DNA of 64,000 nucleotides from Escherichia coli. GTDB lineage: Bacteria; Pseudomonadota; Gammaproteobacteria; Enterobacterales; Enterobacteriaceae. The DNA lies in assembly GCF_003790525.1 (NCBI RefSeq), contig NZ_CP033635.1; one strand, given 5' to 3'. Shown here in pieces: positions 54,376 through 64,000 of this stretch; positions within the stretch are counted from its first letter, which is position 1; each line of letters opens with the position of its first letter. A program made the translations under genes and the position numbers. The notes below the pieces were generated by a model. The model made no database searches, was not told the origin of the DNA, and was given only the letters and a program-made list of their open reading frames with translations.

Positions 54376-54404
54376 ACTATAAACATCCCGATGCGGCGTG
54401 TAAA
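54376..54404 (-). promoter_or_regulatory. serT sigma-70 promoter
   Basis: Minus-strand TTTACA (-35), 17-bp spacer, TATAGT (-10), then a GC-rich discriminator (gcgcg) about 12 nt before the mature tRNA 5' end. Confidence 0.7.
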
Positions 54405-54789
54405 CCCCTAATTTGTTTGTTTGCCTGAAAAACAGCCAAAAGTGCATTGATAGCGTGAAATAACAGCAGATTGATCATTTCATCACCATGAATTCCTTCT
54501 CTTTTACTCGTTTGGCAACCGGCTAAACATCCCCACTGCCCGGCAAAAAGAAAAATAGGTCCATTTTTATCGCTAAAAGATAAATCCACACAGTTTGTAT
54601 TGTTTCGTGCAAAAGTTTCACTACGCTTTATTAACAATACTTTCTGGCGACGTGCGCCAGTGCAGAAGGATGAGCTTTCGTTTTCAGCATCTCACGTGAA
54701 GCGATGGTTTGCCTTGCTACAGGGACGTCGCTTGCCGACCATAAGCGCCCGGTGTCCTGCCGGTGTCGCAAGGAGAAGAGACGTGCGAT

Positions 54790-55908
54790 ATGAATAACGA
54801 GGAAACATTTTACCAGGCCATGCGGCGTCAGGGCGTTACCCGGCGCAGCTTTCTCAAATATTGCAGTCTGGCTGCCACGTCGCTGGGATTAGGCGCGGGA
54901 ATGGCACCAAAGATTGCCTGGGCGCTGGAGAACAAACCGCGCATTCCGGTGGTATGGATCCACGGTCTGGAATGCACCTGCTGTACCGAATCTTTTATCC
55001 GCTCCGCTCACCCGCTGGCAAAGGACGTCATCCTTTCCCTGATTTCCCTCGATTACGACGATACTTTGATGGCTGCCGCCGGAACCCAGGCGGAAGAAGT
55101 CTTTGAAGACATCATCACGCAATACAATGGCAAATATATCCTCGCAGTAGAAGGTAATCCGCCGCTGGGCGAGCAGGGGATGTTCTGTATCAGCAGCGGA
55201 CGACCGTTTATTGAGAAACTCAAACGTGCCGCTGCCGGAGCCAGTGCGATTATCGCCTGGGGAACCTGCGCGTCCTGGGGCTGCGTGCAGGCCGCGCGAC
55301 CCAATCCGACGCAGGCAACGCCTATCGACAAAGTCATCACCGACAAACCTATTATCAAAGTACCTGGCTGCCCGCCGATCCCGGATGTGATGAGCGCCAT
55401 CATTACTTACATGGTGACCTTTGATCGCTTGCCAGATGTCGACAGAATGGGCCGTCCGTTGATGTTCTATGGTCAGCGAATCCACGATAAATGCTATCGC
55501 CGCGCCCACTTCGACGCCGGAGAGTTCGTCCAGAGTTGGGACGATGACGCTGCCCGCAAAGGTTACTGCCTGTACAAAATGGGCTGCAAAGGGCCTACCA
55601 CCTATAACGCCTGTTCCTCCACACGCTGGAATGATGGCGTTTCTTTCCCAATCCAGTCTGGTCACGGCTGCCTGGGCTGTGCGGAAAATGGTTTCTGGGA
55701 TCGCGGTTCGTTCTACAGCCGCGTGGTCGATATTCCGCAAATGGGTACTCATTCCACCGCCGATACCGTCGGCTTAACCGCGCTTGGCGTGGTGGCAGCG
55801 GCTGTTGGTGTGCACGCAGTCGCCAGCGCCGTTGACCAGCGCAGACGTCATAACCAGCAACCTACAGAAACCGAACATCAGCCAGGCAATGAGGATAAAC
55901 AGGCATGA
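54790..55908 (+). CDS. hyaA: Hydrogenase-1 small subunit, 372 aa, Tat signal
   Basis: Twin-arginine motif [12 protein letters not shown]; Fe-S cluster cysteines; C-terminal membrane anchor; start placed at [15 protein letters not shown]. Confidence 0.95.
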   Translation: MNNEETFYQAMRRQGVTRRSFLKYCSLAATSLGLGAGMAPKIAWALENKPRIPVVWIHGLECTCCTESFIRSAHPLAKDVILSLISLDYDDTLMAAAGTQAEEVFEDIITQYNGKYILAVEGNPPLGEQGMFCISSGRPFIEKLKRAAAGASAIIAWGTCASWGCVQAARPNPTQATPIDKVITDKPIIKVPGCPPIPDVMSAIITYMVTFDRLPDVDRMGRPLMFYGQRIHDKCYRRAHFDAGEFVQSWDDDAARKGYCLYKMGCKGPTTYNACSSTRWNDGVSFPIQSGHGCLGCAENGFWDRGSFYSRVVDIPQMGTHSTADTVGLTALGVVAAAVGVHAVASAVDQRRRHNQQPTETEHQPGNEDKQA

Positions 55909-57698
55909 GCACTCAGTACGAAACTCAGGGATACACCATCAATAATGCCGGACGCCGCCTGGTGGTCGACCCGATTACGCGCATTGAAGGCCACATGCGC
56001 TGCGAAGTGAATATTAACGATCAGAATGTGATCACCAATGCCGTCTCCTGCGGCACCATGTTTCGCGGGCTGGAGATCATCCTGCAAGGGCGTGACCCGC
56101 GCGATGCGTGGGCGTTCGTTGAACGTATCTGCGGCGTCTGTACTGGCGTACACGCCCTGGCTTCGGTTTACGCCATCGAAGATGCCATCGGTATTAAAGT
56201 GCCGGACAACGCCAATATCATCCGCAACATTATGCTGGCAACGCTCTGGTGCCACGATCATCTGGTGCACTTCTATCAGCTTGCCGGGATGGATTGGATC
56301 GATGTGTTAGATGCGCTGAAAGCCGACCCGCGGAAAACCTCCGAACTGGCGCAAAGCCTCTCCTCATGGCCGAAATCATCCCCTGGCTATTTCTTCGACG
56401 TACAAAACCGCCTGAAGAAATTCGTTGAAGGCGGGCAGTTGGGGATCTTCCGCAATGGCTACTGGGGGCACCCGCAGTACAAACTGCCGCCAGAAGCCAA
56501 CCTGATGGGCTTTGCCCACTATCTCGAAGCTCTCGATTTCCAGCGTGAAATTGTCAAAATCCACGCGGTCTTTGGCGGTAAAAACCCACATCCAAACTGG
56601 ATTGTCGGCGGGATGCCTTGTGCCATTAACATTGACGAAAGCGGCGCGGTCGGGGCGGTCAATATGGAACGCCTGAACCTGGTGCAGTCAATCATTACCC
56701 GTACGGCGGATTTCATTAACAACGTGATGATCCCCGACGCCTTAGCCATCGGTCAGTTCAACAAGCCGTGGAGCGAAATCGGCACTGGCCTTTCGGATAA
56801 ATGCGTTCTCAGTTACGGCGCGTTCCCGGATATCGCCAACGACTTTGGCGAGAAAAGTCTGCTGATGCCTGGCGGCGCGGTGATTAACGGCGACTTCAAC
56901 AATGTGCTGCCAGTGGATTTGGTTGATCCGCAGCAGGTGCAGGAGTTTGTCGATCACGCCTGGTATCGTTATCCCAACGATCAGGTCGGGCGTCATCCGT
57001 TCGATGGTATTACCGACCCGTGGTACAACCCCGGCGATGTCAAAGGCAGCGATACCAACATTCAGCAGCTGAATGAACAGGAACGCTACTCGTGGATCAA
57101 AGCGCCACGCTGGCGCGGTAACGCGATGGAAGTGGGGCCGCTGGCACGCACGTTAATCGCTTATCACAAAGGCGATGCGGCGACCGTTGAGTCGGTCGAT
57201 CGCATGATGTCGGCGTTGAACCTACCGCTTTCCGGCATCCAGTCAACGTTAGGCCGCATTTTGTGTCGCGCGCACGAAGCGCAGTGGGCCGCAGGCAAGT
57301 TGCAATATTTCTTCGACAAGCTGATGACCAATCTCAAAAACGGCAATCTCGCCACCGCCTCCACTGAGAAGTGGGAACCAGCAACCTGGCCGACAGAGTG
57401 CCGTGGTGTCGGCTTTACCGAAGCGCCGCGCGGAGCGTTAGGCCACTGGGCCGCCATTCGCGATGGCAAGATTGATCTCTACCAGTGCGTGGTGCCGACC
57501 ACCTGGAACGCCAGCCCGCGCGATCCTAAAGGGCAAATTGGCGCTTATGAAGCGGCGCTGATGAACACCAAAATGGCGATCCCCGAGCAACCGCTGGAGA
57601 TCCTGCGTACTCTGCACAGCTTTGATCCGTGCCTCGCCTGTTCAACACACGTGCTGGGCGACGACGGTAGCGAGCTGATCTCCGTGCAGGTGCGTTAA
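55905..57698 (+). CDS. hyaB: Hydrogenase-1 large subunit ([NiFe]), 597 aa
   Basis: N-terminal RIEGH region with CxxC and C-terminal DPCLACSTH nickel-ligand motif; overlaps the hyaA stop. Confidence 0.96.
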   Translation: MSTQYETQGYTINNAGRRLVVDPITRIEGHMRCEVNINDQNVITNAVSCGTMFRGLEIILQGRDPRDAWAFVERICGVCTGVHALASVYAIEDAIGIKVPDNANIIRNIMLATLWCHDHLVHFYQLAGMDWIDVLDALKADPRKTSELAQSLSSWPKSSPGYFFDVQNRLKKFVEGGQLGIFRNGYWGHPQYKLPPEANLMGFAHYLEALDFQREIVKIHAVFGGKNPHPNWIVGGMPCAINIDESGAVGAVNMERLNLVQSIITRTADFINNVMIPDALAIGQFNKPWSEIGTGLSDKCVLSYGAFPDIANDFGEKSLLMPGGAVINGDFNNVLPVDLVDPQQVQEFVDHAWYRYPNDQVGRHPFDGITDPWYNPGDVKGSDTNIQQLNEQERYSWIKAPRWRGNAMEVGPLARTLIAYHKGDAATVESVDRMMSALNLPLSGIQSTLGRILCRAHEAQWAAGKLQYFFDKLMTNLKNGNLATASTEKWEPATWPTECRGVGFTEAPRGALGHWAAIRDGKIDLYQCVVPTTWNASPRDPKGQIGAYEAALMNTKMAIPEQPLEILRTLHSFDPCLACSTHVLGDDGSELISVQVR

Positions 57699-57716
57699 CA
57701 GCGAAGGAGAATCATC

Positions 57717-58424
57717 ATGCAACAGAAAAGCGACAACGTTGTCAGCCACTATGTCTTTGAAGCGCCAGTGCGTATCTGGCACTGGCTGACGGTGTTATGC
57801 ATGGCGGTGTTGATGGTCACCGGTTACTTCATCGGCAAACCGCTGCCTTCGGTCAGCGGTGAGGCGACGTATCTGTTTTACATGGGCTATATCAGGTTGA
57901 TTCACTTCAGCGCCGGGATGATTTTTACCGTGGTCTTGCTGATGCGGATCTACTGGGCTTTTGTCGGCAATCGCTACTCACGCGAGCTTTTCATCGTGCC
58001 AGTATGGCGTAAAAGCTGGTGGCAGGGCGTGTGGTATGAAATCCGCTGGTATCTGTTTCTGGCAAAACGTCCAAGTGCCGATATAGGCCATAACCCCATC
58101 GCCCAGGCGGCGATGTTCGGCTATTTCCTGATGTCAGTTTTTATGATCATCACCGGCTTTGCGCTGTACAGCGAACACAGCCAGTACGCTATTTTTGCGC
58201 CGTTCCGTTATGTGGTGGAATTTTTCTACTGGACGGGTGGCAACTCAATGGACATTCACAGCTGGCATCGGCTGGGGATGTGGCTGATTGGCGCGTTTGT
58301 GATCGGTCATGTCTACATGGCGCTGCGTGAAGACATCATGTCCGACGACACGGTGATCTCCACTATGGTCAACGGCTACCGTAGCCACAAATTTGGCAAA
58401 ATAAGTAACAAGGAGCGTTCATGA
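57717..58424 (+). CDS. hyaC: Hydrogenase-1 cytochrome b subunit, 235 aa
   Basis: Four-helix membrane cytochrome b; matches HyaC. Confidence 0.93.
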   Translation: MQQKSDNVVSHYVFEAPVRIWHWLTVLCMAVLMVTGYFIGKPLPSVSGEATYLFYMGYIRLIHFSAGMIFTVVLLMRIYWAFVGNRYSRELFIVPVWRKSWWQGVWYEIRWYLFLAKRPSADIGHNPIAQAAMFGYFLMSVFMIITGFALYSEHSQYAIFAPFRYVVEFFYWTGGNSMDIHSWHRLGMWLIGAFVIGHVYMALREDIMSDDTVISTMVNGYRSHKFGKISNKERS

Positions 58425-59008
58425 GCGAGCAACGCGTGGTGGTAATGGGGCTGGGCAACCTGCTGTGGGCCGATGAAGGTTTCGGCGTGCGGGTGGCGGA
58501 ACGGTTGTATGCCCATTACCACTGGCCCGAGTATGTGGAGATTGTCGATGGCGGTATTCAGGGACTGAACTTGCTGGGGTATGTCGAAAGCGCCAGCCAT
58601 CTGTTGATTCTCGATGCCATTGACTACGGGCTGGAACCTGGAACGCTGCGAACCTATGCCGGAGAACGTATTCCGGCTTATCTCAGCGCGAAGAAAATGA
58701 GCCTGCACCAGAACAGTTTCTCCGAAGTGCTGGCGCTGGCAGATATCCGCGGACATCTGCCAGCACATATTGCCCTCGTCGGTCTGCAACCCGCAATGCT
58801 CGACGACTACGGCGGCAGCCTGAGCGAACTGGCACGGGAGCAACTGCCCGCAGCGGAACAGGCGGCGCTGGCGCAGTTGGCTGCGTGGGGAATTGTGCCG
58901 CAACCGGCTAATGAATCGCGCTGTCTCAATTATGACTGTCTGTCGATGGAAAATTACGAAGGCGTTCGCTTGCGCCAGTACAGGATGACGCTGGAGGAGC
59001 AGGAATGA
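58421..59008 (+). CDS. hyaD: Hydrogenase-1 maturation endopeptidase, 195 aa
   Basis: HybD/HyaD-family protease; overlaps the hyaC stop. Confidence 0.93.
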   Translation: MSEQRVVVMGLGNLLWADEGFGVRVAERLYAHYHWPEYVEIVDGGIQGLNLLGYVESASHLLILDAIDYGLEPGTLRTYAGERIPAYLSAKKMSLHQNSFSEVLALADIRGHLPAHIALVGLQPAMLDDYGGSLSELAREQLPAAEQAALAQLAAWGIVPQPANESRCLNYDCLSMENYEGVRLRQYRMTLEEQE

Positions 59009-59403
59009 GCAACGACACGCCATTTGATGCGTTGTGGCAACGTATGCTGGCGCGCGGCTGGACGCCGATCAGTGAATCCCGTCTTGACGACTGGCTTACG
59101 CAAGCGCCAGACGGCGTGGTGTTATTAAGTAGTGACCCGAAACGCACGCCAGAAGTCAGCGATAACCCGGTCATGATTGGCGAATTACTGCGCGAGTTTC
59201 CCGACTATACATGGCAGGTAGCGATTGCTGATCTTGAGCAGAGCGAAGCCATCGGCGATCGCTTTGGCGTCTTTCGCTTTCCCGCCACATTAGTGTTTAC
59301 CGGCGGAAACTATCGCGGCGTGCTGAATGGTATTCACCCGTGGGCGGAACTGATAAACCTGATGCGTGGGCTTGTCGAACCACAACAGGAGCGTGCCTCA
59401 TGA
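59005..59403 (+). CDS. hyaE: Hydrogenase-1 operon protein HyaE (thioredoxin-like chaperone), 132 aa
   Basis: Matches HyaE; overlaps the hyaD stop. Confidence 0.92.
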   Translation: MSNDTPFDALWQRMLARGWTPISESRLDDWLTQAPDGVVLLSSDPKRTPEVSDNPVMIGELLREFPDYTWQVAIADLEQSEAIGDRFGVFRFPATLVFTGGNYRGVLNGIHPWAELINLMRGLVEPQQERAS

Positions 59404-60257
59404 GCGAAACTTTTTTCCATCTGCTGGGGCCAGGAACGCAACCGAACGATGACAGTTTCAGCATGAATCCACTGCCGATCACCTGTCAGGTGAATGATGA
59501 ACCGAGTATGGCGGCCCTGGAGCAATGTGCTCACAGCCCGCAGGTGATTGCGCTGTTAAACGAGTTACAACATCAACTAAGCGAACGCCAGCCGCCGTTG
59601 GGCGAGGTGCTGGCAGTCGATCTGTTAAATCTCAACGCCGACGATCGTCACTTTATCAATACGCTTCTCGGGGAAGGGGAAGTGTCAGTGCGCATACAGC
59701 AGGCTGACGACAGTGAAAGTGAAATACAGGAGGCGATCTTCTGCGGATTATGGCGGGTGCGCAGACGTCGCGGCGACAAGTTGCTGGAGGACAAACTGGA
59801 GGCTGGCTGCGCGCCGCTGGCATTGTGGCAGGCGGCAACGCAAAACGTCTTGCCGACAGATTCGCTGTTACCGCCGCCCATTGATGGCCTGATGAATGGC
59901 CTACCGTTGGCGCATGAGTTACTGGCGCATGTACGTAACCCCGACGCGCAGCCGCACAGCATTAATCTGACGCAATTACCCATCAGCGAGGCTGATCGGC
60001 TTTTTCTCTCACGTCTCTGTGGGCCGGGAAATATTCAGATTCGTACCATTGGCTATGGCGAGAGCTATATCAACGCCACGGGGTTACGCCATGTCTGGCA
60101 TTTACGCTGTACGGACACCTTAAAAGGCCCGTTACTGGAAAGTTATGAAATCTGCCCAATACCGGAAGTGGTGCTGGCAGCGCCAGAAGATTTGGTCGAC
60201 TCTGCGCAGCGGCTTAGCGAGGTATGTCAGTGGCTGGCGGAAGGTGCACCGACATAA
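59400..60257 (+). CDS. hyaF: Hydrogenase-1 operon protein HyaF, 285 aa
   Basis: Matches HyaF from [20 protein letters not shown]; start overlaps the hyaE stop (ATGA). Confidence 0.92.
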   Translation: MSETFFHLLGPGTQPNDDSFSMNPLPITCQVNDEPSMAALEQCAHSPQVIALLNELQHQLSERQPPLGEVLAVDLLNLNADDRHFINTLLGEGEVSVRIQQADDSESEIQEAIFCGLWRVRRRRGDKLLEDKLEAGCAPLALWQAATQNVLPTDSLLPPPIDGLMNGLPLAHELLAHVRNPDAQPHSINLTQLPISEADRLFLSRLCGPGNIQIRTIGYGESYINATGLRHVWHLRCTDTLKGPLLESYEICPIPEVVLAAPEDLVDSAQRLSEVCQWLAEGAPT

Positions 60258-60390
60258 AAAGACGGTAAGTATCGCTTTCAGTCTTATGAATATCGCAATC
60301 GGCGAATACCTCTGGTCGTAGAGTTTCAGGATAAAGAGGGAGATCTACCATTATCGGGTTATTTTTCTCTCTTCGCCTACAGGAGTGCGC

Positions 60391-61935
60391 ATGTGGGATG
60401 TCATTGATTTATCGCGCTGGCAGTTTGCACTGACCGCGCTGTATCACTTTTTATTTGTACCCCTTACCCTGGGGCTGATTTTTTTGCTGGCTATCATGGA
60501 AACCATTTACGTGGTCACCGGCAAAACAATCTACCGCGATATGACGCGCTTCTGGGGTAAGCTCTTCGGTATCAACTTTGCTCTTGGCGTGGCTACCGGC
60601 CTGACCATGGAGTTTCAGTTTGGTACTAACTGGTCATTCTATTCCAACTATGTGGGCGATATTTTTGGCGCACCGCTGGCAATGGAAGCATTAATGGCCT
60701 TCTTCCTCGAATCCACCTTTGTCGGGCTGTTCTTCTTCGGCTGGCAGCGGCTGAATAAATACCAGCACCTGCTGGTGACGTGGCTGGTGGCGTTCGGTTC
60801 AAATCTCTCTGCATTGTGGATATTGAATGCCAACGGTTGGATGCAATACCCGACCGGTGCGCATTTTGATATCGACACCCTGCGTATGGAGATGACCAGT
60901 TTCAGCGAGTTGGTCTTTAACCCGGTCAGCCAGGTGAAATTTGTGCACACCGTAATGGCGGGATACGTGACCGGGGCCATGTTTATTATGGCGATCAGCG
61001 CCTGGTATTTACTGCGCGGACGGGAGCGCGATGTCGCATTACGCTCGTTTGCCATCGGTTCCGTCTTCGGTACTCTGGCGATTATCGGTACGCTGCAACT
61101 CGGAGACAGTTCTGCGTATGAAGTCGCGCAAGTACAACCGGTAAAACTGGCGGCGATGGAAGGGGAGTGGCAAACAGAACCTGCACCTGCACCGTTCCAT
61201 GTGGTTGCCTGGCCGGAACAGGATCAAGAGCGTAACGCCTTTGCCATCAAAATTCCCGCGCTGCTAGGGATCCTCGCCACTCACTCATTAGATAAACCCG
61301 TGCCGGGTCTGAAGAATTTGATGGCTGAAACCTACCCACGCTTGCAACGCGGACGTATGGCCTGGCTGTTAATGCAGGAAATATCGCAAGGCAATCGTGA
61401 GCCGCATGTGTTGCAGGCATTCCGGGAGCTGGAAGGCGACCTGGGTTACGGCATGTTGCTCTCCCGCTATGCGCCGGATATGAATCATGTCACAGCCACA
61501 CAGTACCAGGCGGCGATGCGTGGCGCGATACCTCAGGTTGCGCCGGTATTCTGGAGTTTCCGCATCATGGTAGGCTGTGGTTCCCTGCTGTTACTGGTGA
61601 TGCTGATTGCGCTTGTCCAGACGCTGCGTGGCAAAATCGACCAGCATCGCTGGGTGCTGAAAATGGCGCTCTGGAGTTTGCCGCTTCCGTGGATTGCGAT
61701 TGAAGCCGGATGGTTTATGACCGAGTTTGGTCGTCAGCCGTGGGCGATACAGGACATCTTACCGACATACTCCGCGCACTCCGCCTTAACCACAGGACAA
61801 CTGGCTTTCTCACTGATCATGATCGTAGGGCTTTACACCCTGTTCTTAATCGCCGAAGTCTACCTGATGCAGAAATATGCCCGTCTGGGGCCGAGCGCGA
61901 TGCAGAGTGAACAACCGACGCAGCAACAGGGGTAA
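60391..61935 (+). CDS. appC: Cytochrome bd-II ubiquinol oxidase subunit I, 514 aa
   Basis: CydA-family with Q-loop; RBS aggag precedes the ATG at 60391 (ORF-track start is a GTG 6 nt upstream). Confidence 0.94.
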   Translation: MWDVIDLSRWQFALTALYHFLFVPLTLGLIFLLAIMETIYVVTGKTIYRDMTRFWGKLFGINFALGVATGLTMEFQFGTNWSFYSNYVGDIFGAPLAMEALMAFFLESTFVGLFFFGWQRLNKYQHLLVTWLVAFGSNLSALWILNANGWMQYPTGAHFDIDTLRMEMTSFSELVFNPVSQVKFVHTVMAGYVTGAMFIMAISAWYLLRGRERDVALRSFAIGSVFGTLAIIGTLQLGDSSAYEVAQVQPVKLAAMEGEWQTEPAPAPFHVVAWPEQDQERNAFAIKIPALLGILATHSLDKPVPGLKNLMAETYPRLQRGRMAWLLMQEISQGNREPHVLQAFRELEGDLGYGMLLSRYAPDMNHVTATQYQAAMRGAIPQVAPVFWSFRIMVGCGSLLLLVMLIALVQTLRGKIDQHRWVLKMALWSLPLPWIAIEAGWFMTEFGRQPWAIQDILPTYSAHSALTTGQLAFSLIMIVGLYTLFLIAEVYLMQKYARLGPSAMQSEQPTQQQG

Positions 61936-61946
61936 AGGAGAAAATC

Positions 61947-63083
61947 ATGTTTGATTATGAAACATTGCGCTTCATCTGGTGGCTGCTGATTGGCGTGATC
62001 CTGGTGGTCTTTATGATCTCCGACGGATTTGACATGGGGATTGGCTGTTTGCTGCCGCTGGTGGCGCGTAATGATGATGAACGCCGGATAGTGATAAACA
62101 GCGTTGGCGCGCACTGGGAAGGCAATCAGGTCTGGTTGATCCTCGCAGGTGGGGCATTATTTGCCGCCTGGCCCAGAGTGTATGCAGCGGCGTTTTCCGG
62201 CTTTTATGTGGCGATGATTCTGGTGCTGTGCTCGCTGTTCTTCCGCCCGCTGGCCTTTGATTATCGCGGAAAAATTGCCGATGCACGCTGGCGTAAAATG
62301 TGGGATGCCGGTCTGGTCATCGGCAGTCTGGTGCCGCCGGTAGTCTTCGGTATCGCCTTCGGCAACTTGTTGCTCGGCGTGCCGTTTGCCTTTACACCGC
62401 AATTACGCGTGGAGTATCTCGGCAGCTTCTGGCAACTGCTGACGCCATTCCCTTTATTGTGCGGATTGCTCAGCCTTGGGATGGTGATTTTGCAAGGTGG
62501 CGTCTGGTTACAACTGAAAACTGTTGGTGTGATTCATCTGCGTTCACAGCTGGCGACCAAACGCGCCGCACTACTGGTGATGCTGTGCTTTTTGCTGGCG
62601 GGTTACTGGCTGTGGGTCGGTATTGATGGCTTTGTACTGCTCGCCCAGGATGCTAACGGTCCTTCCAATCCGTTAATGAAACTGGTGGCAGTGCTACCTG
62701 GTGCCTGGATGAATAATTTCGTCGAATCGCCCGTTTTGTGGATCTTCCCGCTGCTGGGGTTCTTCTGCCCATTGCTGACGGTGATGGCGATTTATCGTGG
62801 TCGCCCGGGTTGGGGATTTTTGATGGCATCATTGATGCAATTTGGCGTGATTTTCACGGCAGGCATCACGCTGTTCCCCTTTGTCATGCCGTCAAGCGTG
62901 AGTCCAATCTCCAGCCTGACGTTGTGGGACAGCACTTCCAGCCAGTTGACGCTGAGTATTATGTTGGTAATCGTGCTGATATTTTTGCCCATTGTGTTGC
63001 TCTACACTCTCTGGAGCTACTACAAAATGTGGGGGCGCATCACGACAGAAACTCTCCGCCGTAACAAAAACGAGCTGTACTAA
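61947..63083 (+). CDS. appB: Cytochrome bd-II ubiquinol oxidase subunit II, 378 aa
   Basis: CydB-family membrane protein; matches AppB. Confidence 0.94.
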   Translation: MFDYETLRFIWWLLIGVILVVFMISDGFDMGIGCLLPLVARNDDERRIVINSVGAHWEGNQVWLILAGGALFAAWPRVYAAAFSGFYVAMILVLCSLFFRPLAFDYRGKIADARWRKMWDAGLVIGSLVPPVVFGIAFGNLLLGVPFAFTPQLRVEYLGSFWQLLTPFPLLCGLLSLGMVILQGGVWLQLKTVGVIHLRSQLATKRAALLVMLCFLLAGYWLWVGIDGFVLLAQDANGPSNPLMKLVAVLPGAWMNNFVESPVLWIFPLLGFFCPLLTVMAIYRGRPGWGFLMASLMQFGVIFTAGITLFPFVMPSSVSPISSLTLWDSTSSQLTLSIMLVIVLIFLPIVLLYTLWSYYKMWGRITTETLRRNKNELY

Positions 63084-63095
63084 GGAGCAGGAACA

Positions 63096-63188
63096 ATGTG
63101 GTATTTACTTTGGTTCGTTGGCATTTTGTTGATGTGTTCGCTCTCCACCCTTGTGTTGGTATGGCTGGACCCGCGATTGAAAAGTTAA
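63096..63188 (+). CDS. appX: Cytochrome bd-II small subunit AppX (YccB), 30 aa single-helix membrane protein
   Basis: Not in the ORF track (too short); translation MWYLLWFVGILLMCSLSTLVLVWLDPRLKS is a CydX-like hydrophobic helix; RBS aggag lies upstream. Confidence 0.85.
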   Translation: MWYLLWFVGILLMCSLSTLVLVWLDPRLKS

Positions 63189-63267
63189 CGAACGTAAGTC
63201 TGATGCGGCGCATTAGCGTCGTATCAGGCAATCAATAATGTCGGATATGAAAAGCGGAAACATATCG

Positions 63268-64000
63268 ATGAAAGCGATCTTGATCCCATTTTTATCTCTT
63301 CTGATTCCGTTAACCCCGCAATCTGCATTCGCTAAGAGTGAGCCGGAGCTGAAGCTGGAAAGTGTGGTGATTGTCAGTCGTCATGGTGTGCGTGCCCCAA
63401 CCAAGGCCACGCAACTGATGCAGGATGTCACCCCAGACGCATGGCCAACATGGCCGGTAAAACTGGGGTGGCTGACACCGCGCGGTGGTGAGCTAATCGC
63501 TTATCTCGGACATTACCAACGCCAGCGTCTGGTGGCTGACGGATTGCTGGCGAAAAAGGGCTGCCCGCAGCCTGGTCAGGTCGCGATTATTGCTGATGTC
63601 GACGAGCGTACCCGTAAAACAGGCGAAGCCTTCGCCGCCGGGCTGGCACCTGACTGTGCAATAACCGTACATACCCAGGCAGATACGTCCAGTCCCGATC
63701 CGTTATTTAATCCTCTAAAAACTGGCGTTTGCCAACTGGATAACGCGAATGTGACTGACGCGATCCTCAGCAGGGCAGGAGGGTCAATTGCTGACTTTAC
63801 CGGGCATCGGCAAACGGCGTTTCGCGAACTGGAACAGGTACTTAATTTCCCACAATCAAACTTGTGCCTTAACCGTGAGAAACAGGACAAAAGTTGTTCA
63901 TTAACGCAGGCATTACCATCGGAACTCAAGGTGAGCGCCGACAATGTCTCATTAACCGGTGCGGTAAGCCTCGCATCAATGCTGACGGAGATATTTCTCC
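63268..64000 (+). CDS. appA: Periplasmic phytase / pH 2.5 acid phosphatase AppA, 3'-truncated by window edge
   Basis: Signal peptide MKAILIPFLSLLIPLTPQSAFA and histidine acid phosphatase motif RHGVRAP; frame open to window end; an in-frame ATG at 63247 is an alternative start. Confidence 0.92.
   Translation, partial: MKAILIPFLSLLIPLTPQSAFAKSEPELKLESVVIVSRHGVRAPTKATQLMQDVTPDAWPTWPVKLGWLTPRGGELIAYLGHYQRQRLVADGLLAKKGCPQPGQVAIIADVDERTRKTGEAFAAGLAPDCAITVHTQADTSSPDPLFNPLKTGVCQLDNANVTDAILSRAGGSIADFTGHRQTAFRELEQVLNFPQSNLCLNREKQDKSCSLTQALPSELKVSADNVSLTGAVSLASMLTEIFL

Noticed and set aside
54377-54637. 86-aa minus-strand ORF upstream of serT, and the 65-aa plus ORF at 54600-54797
   Set aside because: Both lie in the serT promoter and hya upstream control region; the first overlaps the serT -35/-10 elements; no RBS or conservation argument available.
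54889-55752. 287-aa minus-strand ORF antisense to hyaA
   Set aside because: Embedded antisense to the hydrogenase small subunit, whose Tat signal and Fe-S cysteines are in the sense frame.

Overview
This window reads as a contiguous, well-conserved stretch of Escherichia coli core chromosome, and I do not find evidence of a previously undescribed system in it. Gene order and protein sequences match the region I know from E. coli K-12 running from mukB to appA: mukB (3' part) - ldtD - mepK - gloC - aspC - ompF - asnS - pncB - pepN - ssuEADCB - elfADCG-ycbUVF (cryptic chaperone-usher fimbriae) - pyrD - zapC - ycbX - rlmL - uup - pqiABC - rmf - fabA - ycbZ - matP - ompA - sulA - sxy - yccS - yccF - helD - mgsA - yccT - yccU - hspQ - rlmI - acyP - tusE - yccA - serT (tRNA-Ser) - hyaABCDEF - appCBX - appA (5' part). 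Coding density is high and there are no transposase or integrase genes, CRISPR arrays, prophage remnants or islands; the serT tRNA, a common integration site, is unoccupied. The strain is not K-12: the OmpF and OmpA surface loops differ from the K-12 sequences as I recall them. Start codons were chosen by matching the supplied ORF translations to known protein N-termini, so many features start downstream of the ORF-track start. Several regulatory sites (LexA box at sulA, FabR and FadR operators at fabA, OmpR sites at ompF, a PurR box at pyrD, a NadR-like operator at pncB, the serT promoter) and intrinsic terminators are directly visible. All gene identifications are from memory and pattern recognition, not from a database search; the findings are modest-interest observations rather than discoveries.
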